This document shows, piece by piece, positions 1 to 10,520 of a stretch of 64,000 nt of DNA. This stretch comes from a virus, in the IMG/VR virus record IMGVR_UViG_3300027754_000039, positions 117,589 to 181,588 of that record; one strand, given 5' to 3'. A model generated the notes under the pieces. That model searched no databases and was not told the DNA's origin. It saw nothing but the letters and a program-made list of their open reading frames with translations. Position 1 is the first letter of the stretch. Each line of letters opens with the position of its first letter. The translations under genes were made by a program, and so were the position numbers.

Positions 1-555
1 TATTGAATCTGAAGATTGACTACCACCAAAGGTAAATGTCGTGTCTCCTGGATTTAATAATAGCAAACGATATTGAGAATATACTGCTCTTGCCGGAGAA
101 TCATTTAATGTTCCAGCAGCTGAAGATCCTGAACCTAATCTATGACCATGAGCTACTGCAAATTGAACTTCTGAAGTTGAAAGAGCAGGATTGGCATTTA
201 ACATATCATAATAATATGTTTTAGATGCTGTAGATTGAGCTGAGCTAGAATAAGCTAATGACATTGTAGCTGCATTACCAGTAAATAAACCAGTCGTTAC
301 AAATGTTTTTTGATTTTCAATGATATCAGATGCAACGTCAAAGCGAGTAAATACTCTTCCACTTGAAGCTACTTGAGATTGTCTAGCTACTTGTGCTACC
401 ATTTCAGCTGCAATAGCACGAGCTCGAGTTTCAATTTCGTTCACTAAATTAGCGTTTGAATTTGGTAATGTAACTGCTTGTATATTTGCAGCTGCAGCTG
501 CTCTAGGTGCTGCCGCTAAATTATTTACCACTAATGGTGTTCTAATTACTCCCAT
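1..555 (-). CDS. Virion structural protein, truncated by the window edge
   Basis: Manually translated; not in ORF track. ATG at 553-555 gives an open frame to the edge (MGVIRTPLVV...QFAVAHGHRLGSGS...SPARAVYSQYRLLLL). Directly downstream of the baseplate genes. Confidence 0.7.
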   Translation of the reverse strand, partial: MGVIRTPLVVNNLAAAPRAAAAANIQAVTLPNSNANLVNEIETRARAIAAEMVAQVARQSQVASSGRVFTRFDVASDIIENQKTFVTTGLFTGNAATMSLAYSSSAQSTASKTYYYDMLNANPALSTSEVQFAVAHGHRLGSGSSAAGTLNDSPARAVYSQYRLLLLNPGDTTFTFGGSQSSDSI

Positions 556-568
556 GTTATTTTTTTAA

Positions 569-1246
569 TTATTGTGCGTTAGTTATTGAAGTATTTGAAG
601 CTGTCGCTAATTGTACTTTTTTAACAGTTAAATTAACAGTTACTCTACCACCAGTTTCATTTCCTATAATAGTGATAGTAGCTACAGAGTCTGCAACTAA
701 TTGCTGCTTAGCAATGATATTAAAGCTAAATCCAACTGCTGATACAGTTTGAGCTGATTCAGAATCTCCAATAAATCTTGGTACTGTAGGACTAACACCT
801 GCATTAACAGGTTGCACTACTTGAAGTGTTGCTGTGTCTGAATTAGATAAAATTGCAGTGTATCCTAATGTAGCATTTCCAGAAGTAAAGTTTGTCGTTG
901 TCGGATTAATAGTCGACTGTTGACCTGGAGATGTTAGCGTTATTGAAGATTGACCAACTTGAATAACTGGTATTCTTGCTGTTTTCTTTGGCAATGTTAC
1001 TAATTTGTAACGCATTACATTTGATTCATCTGCACTAGCTTCTACTAATGGCATATTCTCAATGATAATGCCATAATAATCAGACCCTAATGGGTGTGCA
1101 GGGTTCCACAAATCATAATCAATCTCATCATCTGCTACTGCAAATTGAGTGATTTTAAATTCATCTTTTCCGCGAGCTAGCAATTCTCTTCCTTTTTTAG
1201 TAAGAATTGCGTCAACGGTTATTGTACTATTATTTAAGTATCCCAT
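569..1246 (-). CDS. Baseplate/tail-fibre attachment protein
   Basis: N-terminal ILTKKGRELLARG...ITQFAVADDEIDY resembles tail-collar/fibre-proximal N-termini. Lies in the baseplate cluster with a late-type motif upstream. Confidence 0.55.
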   Translation of the reverse strand: MGYLNNSTITVDAILTKKGRELLARGKDEFKITQFAVADDEIDYDLWNPAHPLGSDYYGIIIENMPLVEASADESNVMRYKLVTLPKKTARIPVIQVGQSSITLTSPGQQSTINPTTTNFTSGNATLGYTAILSNSDTATLQVVQPVNAGVSPTVPRFIGDSESAQTVSAVGFSFNIIAKQQLVADSVATITIIGNETGGRVTVNLTVKKVQLATASNTSITNAQ

Positions 1247-1311
1247 CTTGTTTATACCTTTTTAATAAATATAGACTATTGAAAAATTCAGATTTATATT
1301 TAAGAATCATT

Positions 1312-4300
1312 TTATCCAATCCTGGAGTTTGTAGATCTACCTGATGTTGCTCTGTCTATTGTTGTTAATTGATTATTTGCAAACACTACTTGATTTGGAT
1401 TTACTTGCGTCACTTTAACTACAGGTCCTCCGTCGACAGTTTGTCTTGAATTTGCGTTAACTGCCGATCCTACCAATTTAGAACCGTTTAATCTAGCATT
1501 TGCATATCCAGTTCCTTGAAATTTATTTCCTAAACTAGCAGTTACCGGATATGGAATTAATGAACTACTATATGAAGTTACAGATTCGTATATATAAATG
1601 TCGGCAATTTCTACGTCTTTGATAGAGGTAATTTTATTTTTTAGTGTAAATTTAGGTCCGGTTAATGTAACCGCGTTTGTGGTTTGATATGTTCCCACGC
1701 CATTAATAGGTATATTTGCTACTATTGAAGTAGTAGCAAAATCTATCACATCTATACTTACCGGGTTACCTGCAAATGAAGTTACTTCAAAATAACAATA
1801 CAGTGATCCTGTATACGTGGCTGGCATTGTAAAAGTTACTTTATCTCCTGGCATTAAATAAGCTACCGTAGCATCATACAATCGCTGTACCAAGGCAACG
1901 CTACTGCTAACATTTGTATATGAAGAAGTAAATGAATATTGTCCAAACGGTCTTTGATCGTATATAGTAGTTTGAATAGGCTTATAAGATCCTGATTCTG
2001 TTATTTTATATTTATCTATGTATCTATGCTGAACCCATGAAGTTCCTAGCTTATCAATGTCTGTGGTATTATTTTCAATAAGACCGGCATAAGATTGATA
2101 TTCAGAAGTCATCGCTAACGAGCTACTCATTACTCCTGTTAAATTAGGAAATATACTAGAGTCTGCAACGGTTATTGGTTGAGTAATTAATCCATTTAAG
2201 TTTTGATATACTCCAGAAGCTGATACGTCATTAACTGCATTTAAAGTTACATCGTGCTTTAAATTTTCAATTACAGGGTTGTTAATAAGTTTAACTTTAC
2301 TTCTTTCTAAAACATTTGGCTCTACAACTAATCCTACAATTGCATTTGCTCTTTTAGGAAGTAGCTGCTTAATATACTTAAATAAAGTAAAGTCATAAAT
2401 TTGAAGAGCTCTGAAATACGCTTCAAAGTCATTTCTATTTTCATACTTCTTCCAGTAATTAATTGCAAAGTTATTTAGCTTTGTATAATTGTCATTTAAA
2501 ATATCTCCTGGGTCTCCGATATAATCGTCAATTTCAAAATATCCTAATTGATTGAATATGTCTTCATTGATTGCAGTTTGAGGGGAGAAATAAACTCCTA
2601 CTCTATTAGAGTCTAAAGAGTATCTGTCAAATGATGATTTCTCAATTCTTGTTTTAGTATTTAATCTTTTATTAACATCTAAACTAGCAGATTCAATTCT
2701 TACTTTGTTTGAATATAAACTAGAAGCTCCTAACGAAGGAGATGGTGTGTAATATGTTTCTTCAAATCCTTCAAATACTATTGACCCTGAACTACTTCCA
2801 AATCCATTGAAGAAAAGTGAACCTGTATTAATAGTTTGATTAGGGTGAGTTGACGATTGATAAAATGAACCACTCTTTATTGTTTTATCTGATAAAGTAA
2901 ATCTTTGCAATAAATGATCAAATGGCTTAGCAGCTTCTTCTCCGGTTGTTAATAAAGTTCTATCAACATTATAAGTGTATGTATTTGGGGATGCTGCATG
3001 CTCTTGAATAGTAGCGTTATTTAGCGACCCAGACCATAAACGAATTTCTTGAAAGTGACCATGAAACTTACCTAGAGAAGATATAGTAGTGCTATTAACA
3101 AATACTGGAGTTATTGCTCTAGATCCTGACGCAAATGTTATAGTCGATTGCTTAAATGGATTAGGCGCTCCAATTACACTAGCAGATACATTATATATTG
3201 TATTGCCGTATAAAGATTTTACTACATTCAATGAAGAAGTTAAGTTGTTATTATTAATAACGACGCTAATCCAACTATTGTCAAATATTTCTAAATTAGA
3301 TGCTGTAATAGCTTGACCAGTTATACCATTAAATAATGTAATAGTACCTTGATTATCATCATTGGTTTCTTTGTTAAGAATTAAATTATAAACATCGTCA
3401 ATTGATCCACTTTTAATAGATAAAATGTTATAAGGAGTTCCTACACCATAGATATAGTTATTATCCGTTTTAAACCGGAATTCCAAGGTGTTAGCATAAA
3501 CATAAGTCTTAGCACCATTTATGAATTGGCCGGCTGTTAAACTTAAGCTACCAGTTTGAGAAAGCCATGCATAATGGTATTTGTCATGCACATATTCAGG
3601 ATAATGATTATTATCAGTGAATGTGCTAGGACCGCCATATTCTTTAATCGTTAATACGGTAGAAGGTATTCCATAACAAGCCAATAAAGCTTTTATAGAT
3701 CTAGAAGTACCCTTTGATTTTAATATATAAGGAAGATTGTTTACAATTCTTCTCCAAATTTCTTTAGTATTTTTTTCATCAGTAATCGTAGTAATATTAT
3801 TAACGCCACTTTCCAACGCTACGCCATTTTCATCAACAGCTAAAGCATATTTCCAAAGCTCAGAAGTTGATTTGCCATTTAATAAATCAAATCCTAAAGA
3901 TTTAGCAACATCGTACAGCAAATTATCTGGCATTCCATCTTTTGGATTTTCTTCTCGAGAATGTATTGACGTAAGTGCTTTAATATATGTCCATAATATA
4001 TCAAAATGTTGCCCCATCATATTAATAAAGAGCAAATACTCTTCATTATCTGTAGATTCCTTTATATATAAAGGAACAGTTTCTATTAATTTATGAATAT
4101 TATTATAATCAAAAATTTCAGCAATCTCTAATAAATCATTATAATATATCTGCCCGGTGTTAGAAGTTGAAGAAACTTGAGTTGCAAAATATCCATAAGG
4201 GTCAGGTGCAGCTCCTAGTGTCCATTGAGTAGCTGCCGTACTCCACATCGTAAAAGCTTCGTTCCATTTCAATGCAGTCGGAGTTGTCTTTGGCCATGGA

Positions 4301-5487
4301 TTAACTATTCTAGGAGTATATGACCCCGTAGTTTCATTAACGTGTGTATATAAAGCACTTCCCGTTGATTCGAAAAATAAATATTTTTCAAAATCATCAA
4401 ATCCACTAACTACACGATTTCGTTTAATGTAAATATCAGCTAAATTAATTTGAGTTATATCTCCTCCATTAACTTGAGATATAGTTTGAACTTGAGCTGA
4501 ATAATATTCAATTAATTCTAATTTATACTTGAAGTTTTTAACTCGTTCAACGGCAGAGCCATAATGAATAAAACTATCAAATATTCTATGATTGGTATTT
4601 AATTTTATTCCTGCTAATGAACCGGAAAAGTAATTGTCGATTAATTGCTGCGATGTTTGTACATTTTCAGTAAGTAAATTATTCCAATTTTTAAAGCTAG
4701 TAGCTACCGAACCTCCATCAAATTCTTCTAATTCAAAATTAGGACCAGCTAATGCTGTAACTGGATCTGGAATATGCTGTGGTATAATCGATACCGTATC
4801 TAATACTGATTCAATTATTTCTTCTGAAACCCATAATCTAGATTTCTCTCCATACTTAGCTGGTAATGGGGCATACAATCTAACAATAATTTCAGGCGTT
4901 GGCCCAAAAGTATCAAATCGCATATTAATTATTTGATACGTTTCATTAAAACCAAAGTTTAATAAAAATGAATCAAATACATCGTCATTGGTTAGTAAAT
5001 CATTCCAACGATTACGAAAAGAATTTAATTGATCACGTAAAGTGATGCTTTCATTATCAGATAATTGAATTCTTAATTCTCGTCTAGACGGAGAAATTTC
5101 TTTAATCCAAAGCTTTTGACCTTTATAAGAGCCTAATAAATTATTAAATAAATTGTATACTACTTTATATTGACCTCTATGTATTCCTAAGCCATCTAAT
5201 TCAGTATTAGTATCAACTGATAAATGTTGGTATGTTAATGAACTAGTACCGTTAAAATCAACGCTATAATGAGTATCGTGATTACCTGTTAAATAAACAC
5301 CGTCTGGAGTATATACATGTAATTCTAAATCCGCAGTTGAATTAAGATTGGTCTCACCGGTTGATTTAAACTTAATAGCAAACTTTCTAGTATCTAAAAG
5401 TTCTTTATCAACAGACTCTAATCTAGATACCTTTATAGTATTAGTTGAGTTTAATAAATCTTGCTGATTAGTATATACTGATAACAT
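1312..5487 (-). CDS. Large baseplate wedge protein (gp7/P2 gpI-like region plus a possible LamG-like beta-sandwich)
   Basis: 1391 aa. Motifs LLYDVAKSLGF...RRIVNNLPYILKSKGTSRSIKALLACYG; beta-rich region ending GHFQEIRLWS; next to gp6/gp25-like genes. Confidence 0.55.
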   Translation of the reverse strand: MLSVYTNQQDLLNSTNTIKVSRLESVDKELLDTRKFAIKFKSTGETNLNSTADLELHVYTPDGVYLTGNHDTHYSVDFNGTSSLTYQHLSVDTNTELDGLGIHRGQYKVVYNLFNNLLGSYKGQKLWIKEISPSRRELRIQLSDNESITLRDQLNSFRNRWNDLLTNDDVFDSFLLNFGFNETYQIINMRFDTFGPTPEIIVRLYAPLPAKYGEKSRLWVSEEIIESVLDTVSIIPQHIPDPVTALAGPNFELEEFDGGSVATSFKNWNNLLTENVQTSQQLIDNYFSGSLAGIKLNTNHRIFDSFIHYGSAVERVKNFKYKLELIEYYSAQVQTISQVNGGDITQINLADIYIKRNRVVSGFDDFEKYLFFESTGSALYTHVNETTGSYTPRIVNPWPKTTPTALKWNEAFTMWSTAATQWTLGAAPDPYGYFATQVSSTSNTGQIYYNDLLEIAEIFDYNNIHKLIETVPLYIKESTDNEEYLLFINMMGQHFDILWTYIKALTSIHSREENPKDGMPDNLLYDVAKSLGFDLLNGKSTSELWKYALAVDENGVALESGVNNITTITDEKNTKEIWRRIVNNLPYILKSKGTSRSIKALLACYGIPSTVLTIKEYGGPSTFTDNNHYPEYVHDKYHYAWLSQTGSLSLTAGQFINGAKTYVYANTLEFRFKTDNNYIYGVGTPYNILSIKSGSIDDVYNLILNKETNDDNQGTITLFNGITGQAITASNLEIFDNSWISVVINNNNLTSSLNVVKSLYGNTIYNVSASVIGAPNPFKQSTITFASGSRAITPVFVNSTTISSLGKFHGHFQEIRLWSGSLNNATIQEHAASPNTYTYNVDRTLLTTGEEAAKPFDHLLQRFTLSDKTIKSGSFYQSSTHPNQTINTGSLFFNGFGSSSGSIVFEGFEETYYTPSPSLGASSLYSNKVRIESASLDVNKRLNTKTRIEKSSFDRYSLDSNRVGVYFSPQTAINEDIFNQLGYFEIDDYIGDPGDILNDNYTKLNNFAINYWKKYENRNDFEAYFRALQIYDFTLFKYIKQLLPKRANAIVGLVVEPNVLERSKVKLINNPVIENLKHDVTLNAVNDVSASGVYQNLNGLITQPITVADSSIFPNLTGVMSSSLAMTSEYQSYAGLIENNTTDIDKLGTSWVQHRYIDKYKITESGSYKPIQTTIYDQRPFGQYSFTSSYTNVSSSVALVQRLYDATVAYLMPGDKVTFTMPATYTGSLYCYFEVTSFAGNPVSIDVIDFATTSIVANIPINGVGTYQTTNAVTLTGPKFTLKNKITSIKDVEIADIYIYESVTSYSSSLIPYPVTASLGNKFQGTGYANARLNGSKLVGSAVNANSRQTVDGGPVVKVTQVNPNQVVFANNQLTTIDRATSGRSTNSRIG

Positions 5488-5526
5488 CCTTTAATATAAA
5501 TATCTTAAATAGATATTCTAGGTATC

Positions 5527-6540
5527 TTAAGTGCCATAGCTAGACCAAACAACATTTGACCCATCATATAAATTTAATATACCTGAGTCTGTTAATTGAA
5601 TTCTTGCTTTTGATGAAATGTTTCCAACAAACACTCCCCAAGTACGTTTGAACGGTGTAGATACGTTATTATAATCAACTCTAACTACTTCTAACAATCC
5701 ATTACTTCCAGGAGTTATTTTTAATCCCATAAAGCGGCCCGGGCCATCTTGTTTGCCGTCATAGCCTCTGCCCCAAACTATAGATTCTTCGCCAAGCGCA
5801 TTTCCATTATAATCATAATTACCAGTGCGTATTATAAAATTACCATCTCCTTGCATTATACCTTTTGCCATTCTATTTCTAGATAATAGTATATTTCTAA
5901 TACGATCTCCATTAGCACCGGTTTGGTTAGAATATAATTCACTTCCAGCTACTAACGTATCACTAACGATATTATCTCTGCCCGGGTCAACTGCTAATGC
6001 TAATTGATCTCTTAATGAAGCTATTTGTGCATTTAACTCGTCTATCTGTGTAGTTAAAACTGCTTTATCTGCTCGATTACGCTGAGTACCTGATTCTAAT
6101 GAAGCTACTTTATTTTCTAAAAATGCTAGAGTTGAGTCTAAATCTTCCGTAAACTCCTGTATCACAGCATCAATTACTTGATTAAATTTGACATTGGATG
6201 TTTTTGAAACATTTAAACTAATTAAAGTTTTTTGATTAGTTAAATCTTTATTTTTATCAATTAATACAGTTCCATTAGAACTTCTATCAAACGGTTTGTA
6301 TAATAATGGATCTATTTGGTCAGGGTTTATTTGACCAGTAACGATTTTATCGGGATCAAATTCATGTAATTCATAAATCCTATCCGGTGCAGGTTTAGGT
6401 GCTTGTGCAGGTTTAGGTGCTTGTGCAGGTGGCACTTCAATTAATTGAAAAGACTCTACTAAAGATTTAGGTGCTTGTGCTGATACGACCTGCGCAGAAT
6501 TGACAATTTGATATTCAGGAGTTTTTGAGATCGTTCCCAT
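5527..6540 (-). CDS. Virion protein with Pro-rich repeats, coiled coil and C-terminal bulb-type (B) lectin-like domain
   Basis: PAQAPK repeats; coiled coil LENKVASLE...LRDQL; MQGDGNFII and LTDSGILNLYDGSNVVWSS resemble B-lectin repeats. Confidence 0.6.
   Translation of the reverse strand: MGTISKTPEYQIVNSAQVVSAQAPKSLVESFQLIEVPPAQAPKPAQAPKPAPDRIYELHEFDPDKIVTGQINPDQIDPLLYKPFDRSSNGTVLIDKNKDLTNQKTLISLNVSKTSNVKFNQVIDAVIQEFTEDLDSTLAFLENKVASLESGTQRNRADKAVLTTQIDELNAQIASLRDQLALAVDPGRDNIVSDTLVAGSELYSNQTGANGDRIRNILLSRNRMAKGIMQGDGNFIIRTGNYDYNGNALGEESIVWGRGYDGKQDGPGRFMGLKITPGSNGLLEVVRVDYNNVSTPFKRTWGVFVGNISSKARIQLTDSGILNLYDGSNVVWSSYGT
6385..6435. repeat. 18-bp coding tandem repeat (PAQAPK)
   Basis: tgcaggtttaggtgcttg occurs twice plus a partial copy; a further partial copy lies near 6467-6481. 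Confidence 0.85.
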
Positions 6541-7658
6541 TATTTAATTATTTTAAATGTAAAGTCCGATGCATTGAAATATTCAGTTATGTCGGAAAAT
6601 TCTGCTTTAATTTCAAATTTGTAATATCTTTCCGGATACAACATTGTCGTGTAAAAATCAAAATAAGCTCCTGATACATTAGTATTAACTTGCGTAAATG
6701 AACTATACGGTATAACTATTTGATCGTTATGCGCGTCTTTGATTTGATAATATGAATTTCTAGGCAAAGCTTTTTGAGTAGCAAATGAAGAATTTTGTGC
6801 AAATGAAGGTCTAGGATATCTAGGTCGAGACCCTAATAATATTCTAGTTTTTTTGTCTTTTATCAATTCTCCTTTAAATGCTCTAGTATATAGTATTGGG
6901 CTGTCTTCGTAAGTTATTAAAGACATTGATCCTGTATTGTAAGTAATAGATCCTGTCCAACTAATATATAATTGAGGTTCAAATACTGTATTAGTATCTG
7001 AAGAGTAAAATTGAATTAGCGTTTCTGGATAATTACTAGATGATATAGCTGTATTATTAAATGTCAATACAACTCCATTATTAGTGTATACTTGATTATA
7101 CCAATTTTGTACAATATTAGTAATGTTGATATCAACAGTGTCTGTAGTTTTATATGCAAATGACTGACTTACTGTAGACCCCGTAATAAAAGTTCCGCCA
7201 CCTGGATACGTTTTATCATTAAATACTATTTGAGAATTAGCTGCTAATGACGCAGACCATGTCGTAGTTCCGTAGCCGGCTGTCGACATCCAAGTAGCTC
7301 CGTCGGTAACTGCTGTGCTAGCAATTAAACCCACAGGCGATGCTGCATATCCTGAACCGTTTTCCCAGTTAACTGACACAGGTTTAGCTTCGACAGTATA
7401 TGATTTAGGTAGCTGTGATTCTTGAACCGTATATAATTTTAAGCTAGCTGATACGCTAGTAATTGGTATACTATTTTCAGATAATATTGATGATAGGGCT
7501 GTTAAATCAAACTTAATTAAAATTCTAGATTCTGTTAAATCTGCAGTTGTCACGTCTCCTTGTTTACGGAGTTCTAATATCTCATCTAATCCTGAATTTC
7601 TGTACGGATCTTTTTCGTATATTGTTGCGTCTTGTAATGCTGGTATTGACCAAATCAT
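6540..7658 (-). CDS. DNRLRE-like domain virion protein
   Basis: DATIYE...N.G...SRILIKFDL...SASLKLY...W.NG.G pattern of DNRLRE/CBM96-like domains. Confidence 0.6.
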   Translation of the reverse strand: MIWSIPALQDATIYEKDPYRNSGLDEILELRKQGDVTTADLTESRILIKFDLTALSSILSENSIPITSVSASLKLYTVQESQLPKSYTVEAKPVSVNWENGSGYAASPVGLIASTAVTDGATWMSTAGYGTTTWSASLAANSQIVFNDKTYPGGGTFITGSTVSQSFAYKTTDTVDINITNIVQNWYNQVYTNNGVVLTFNNTAISSSNYPETLIQFYSSDTNTVFEPQLYISWTGSITYNTGSMSLITYEDSPILYTRAFKGELIKDKKTRILLGSRPRYPRPSFAQNSSFATQKALPRNSYYQIKDAHNDQIVIPYSSFTQVNTNVSGAYFDFYTTMLYPERYYKFEIKAEFSDITEYFNASDFTFKIIK

Positions 7659-7669
7659 AGTTAATTATT

Positions 7670-9544
7670 TTAAAGTGATACTACCTTACCAATTATATCT
7701 CTATTTAAGTTTTTAATTTCAAAAATACTAGGGTCCAATGAAGGATATATAACTCCTGCTTTTGTAGCAGCGGCGATGTCATACACATTTCCAGAGTAGC
7801 CTTGAGTAGCGTTATATAAATTAACAATTTTTATCGAAGGTACTGACTGAACTCCTTCAACTCTATCTAAATCTGTATATATTTTTGATAATATTATAGG
7901 CTGATTAATTTGCCATATTTTAGAGTTAAAACTAGTTTTTAATTTATCAATACATTTTAATAAAACTTCATTTGAATTATATTCTGGAAGAGTAATTATT
8001 TCAAACTGCAATCCTATATTAATTATATGCGCATTTTTAATATTTACTGCATCGGTTAATATTCTATAGCTATTAAGATAAGTTTTTAAATTTTCTTTTA
8101 CTGCATCATTTAAAACTGTTAAGCTTCCATTTAAATCATATCCTAATGTATATAAATTTAATGCCAATGGGTTTGGAATCATTTCTTGACCGTTATCTGG
8201 ATTAAGTTGCTGATCCTGTATGATATATGCTTTCGCAACCGAACCAAATCTAGACGGCATTGAATAAGCTCTAATAATATAATCTTGTGCTGTTACTGCA
8301 CGCTGCTGTGATGCAAAGGTAGCCATTGCATTTTGCCTAATCTCTTCAATAGACTCTTCACTCTTACCGCCTATTGCTGGTAGTGGGTTTGTGCACGCTA
8401 CAGACGCTTTAATTCTACTTAATAGTGCTATACTTAAATTTTGTGAGTCAATTTGATATTGTATAGAATTAATATTTTTTAATGTAAATGAAGCTACGTT
8501 TGATTCAATTCCGCCACCTGTAGTATATGAAACTGTTAAAGTAGTATTAGACGGCGCTAACCCATATGTTTTAGTGTACATAAAGTTTGACGGGTCAATT
8601 GGATGATCAAATTGAGTTCTTAATCCATTTAAACTAGATCCTACATTATCAGGATTTGGAATAATCTCTTCATCGTCATTATCTGATACTCCCGGGCCAA
8701 ATTGAATTTCTAATTTTTTGTCTGATCTAAATTTAGTAATAAATCGTCTAGCAGTTTTCTTTAATTTTATTAAATAAGGTACGTTTGTATATACTGATAA
8801 ATCAGGATCATTTTGTATAGTGTTTGCTATTGATTCAAATACAGTGTCTTGAGCTAGATAAGGTACTTCAGTCCATGAATTATTATCTGAATCTGTTATT
8901 GACACTATTTCAATAACATCGGCAGGATTTAATAATATTTTATCAAATCTTTTAGCAGACGCAAAATCAAAAGTTTCTGTACGAAGTGTTCCTGCAATTG
9001 CTTTTACTTTTTTCTTAAGAAGATAAAAATCCGGAGTGCTGTCTACGTCATTAATTTGATAAATACTTACATCCGTAGGATCAAAACTGCTAGAAACTTT
9101 AAAATTAACTAAAGATAAAGTTCTAAATTCAAGCTCCGTACCCTCCGCTCCAATTAACATTCCTTCTTTCAATGTTAATGCATAGTCCCAATCAGGTACT
9201 TTTCCGTCGACAGTGGTTTTGGCTGGTAATAACTGAAATACATCTATATCAACAGTCGCAGGTATTTTATTTTTAGTTCTATATCCTAAGTTAGCAGATA
9301 AAGCTAATACATTTCCACGTTCAGAGGCCAATGGCATTAGCGATTCTTTTAATTGACTATCAGTATAGTATGACAATACATCTCCTACATATGATGCCAT
9401 TTCAATAAACATCATACCAGGTGATGATTCGTTAAAATCATTATAAGTATTAGGAAAATAGTTTTTAGAAAACTCAATTAAGTTTGCTCTAAATTGACTA
9501 AAATCTTTATTTAGATATCGTATATCTTTTTTTATTTGTGCCAT
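7670..9544 (-). CDS. Baseplate wedge subunit, T4 gp6/baseplate-J-like
   Basis: DFSQFRANLIEF...GMMFIEMASYVGDVLSYY and GG...ESIEEIRQNA...QQRAVTAQDY motifs. Confidence 0.85.
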   Translation of the reverse strand: MAQIKKDIRYLNKDFSQFRANLIEFSKNYFPNTYNDFNESSPGMMFIEMASYVGDVLSYYTDSQLKESLMPLASERGNVLALSANLGYRTKNKIPATVDIDVFQLLPAKTTVDGKVPDWDYALTLKEGMLIGAEGTELEFRTLSLVNFKVSSSFDPTDVSIYQINDVDSTPDFYLLKKKVKAIAGTLRTETFDFASAKRFDKILLNPADVIEIVSITDSDNNSWTEVPYLAQDTVFESIANTIQNDPDLSVYTNVPYLIKLKKTARRFITKFRSDKKLEIQFGPGVSDNDDEEIIPNPDNVGSSLNGLRTQFDHPIDPSNFMYTKTYGLAPSNTTLTVSYTTGGGIESNVASFTLKNINSIQYQIDSQNLSIALLSRIKASVACTNPLPAIGGKSEESIEEIRQNAMATFASQQRAVTAQDYIIRAYSMPSRFGSVAKAYIIQDQQLNPDNGQEMIPNPLALNLYTLGYDLNGSLTVLNDAVKENLKTYLNSYRILTDAVNIKNAHIINIGLQFEIITLPEYNSNEVLLKCIDKLKTSFNSKIWQINQPIILSKIYTDLDRVEGVQSVPSIKIVNLYNATQGYSGNVYDIAAATKAGVIYPSLDPSIFEIKNLNRDIIGKVVSL

Positions 9545-9999
9545 TATATTATTACTTCTTCAACGGTTGTAGATGTTACTAAAAATGTAACTGGTTTATT
9601 AACTTCTTGCTCATTAACAGATACCTTTAATGATATTGTTATTCCATGTTCTTCATTTGACGGTCCTGCTGCTATGACAGTTTGAACTATTAAATCATTA
9701 ACTTGAATATATGGTAACCAAAATGATATAGCTTCTAATATAGAAGATTGTATTTGTTCTTTTAATAAATCCGTATTTTGTTCAAAAAGCGAATCTTGAA
9801 GACGTGTACCAAATAAAGGTTGTAATACTCGCTCGCCTTGACGAGTAAGTATTAAATTTTTTAAATTTGAAAGTGCTTGCTCTTCAGTGGAATAAGATAA
9901 ATCAAATAGTATTCCAGTCTTCCCAACTAAAGGAAGCTTAATACCAATTGCTACATTTTCTTCTAAATCTATAGGATTATATCTTATTTCGTATGACAT
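9544..9999 (-). CDS. Baseplate wedge protein gp25-like (GPW/gp25)
   Basis: NLKNLILTRQGERVLQPLFGTRL...I..AISFWLPYI motif. Confidence 0.85.
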   Translation of the reverse strand: MSYEIRYNPIDLEENVAIGIKLPLVGKTGILFDLSYSTEEQALSNLKNLILTRQGERVLQPLFGTRLQDSLFEQNTDLLKEQIQSSILEAISFWLPYIQVNDLIVQTVIAAGPSNEEHGITISLKVSVNEQEVNKPVTFLVTSTTVEEVII

Positions 10000-10484
10000 T
10001 AGTTACCTTTTTTCTTATCCATTGCTTTTATCAAAGACGAATAATCTCTTGTTAATGCTTTTACAACTGCCGCGCCTGCTTCTGTTTCAGCTAATTTAGA
10101 AACATCAACTCGTCTACCTTCAGTATCATACGTTGGTATAATTGATTTTGCGGACGGCGCCGGTTTACGACCCATTGTCGGCCACTCTTCAAAATTATTA
10201 TAATCTATACTTTCATCTAAACTAGCACCAGCATATTCATTTCTAAAACCAGCTGTGTCATTTAACAACTCATTTAAAGTTGGGTTCTCAGTGTATTGTT
10301 TTTTAACCGGTGTCTTGGCGATTACTTTAGTTGTAACAGCCGGTATTACAGCTTGTGTATATTTGGCGGTTGTTACTCGTTCGTTTATTATAGGAGTTAT
10401 TTTACTTAATTCCGTACGTACGGCATTCGAAACTTCTTCACGAATAACTTTTCTAAGTGCTTGTATAAAATCCTTTGAATTCAT
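9999..10484 (-). CDS. Hypothetical late protein with LRKVIREEV-type N-terminal motif
   Basis: N-terminus resembles the second leader class of the 47-55 kb array; late-type motif at 10500-10507. Confidence 0.55.
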   Translation of the reverse strand: MNSKDFIQALRKVIREEVSNAVRTELSKITPIINERVTTAKYTQAVIPAVTTKVIAKTPVKKQYTENPTLNELLNDTAGFRNEYAGASLDESIDYNNFEEWPTMGRKPAPSAKSIIPTYDTEGRRVDVSKLAETEAGAAVVKALTRDYSSLIKAMDKKKGN

Positions 10485-10520
10485 GTTACTGTCTTTTAAA
10501 TAAATATCTTTAATGTATTT

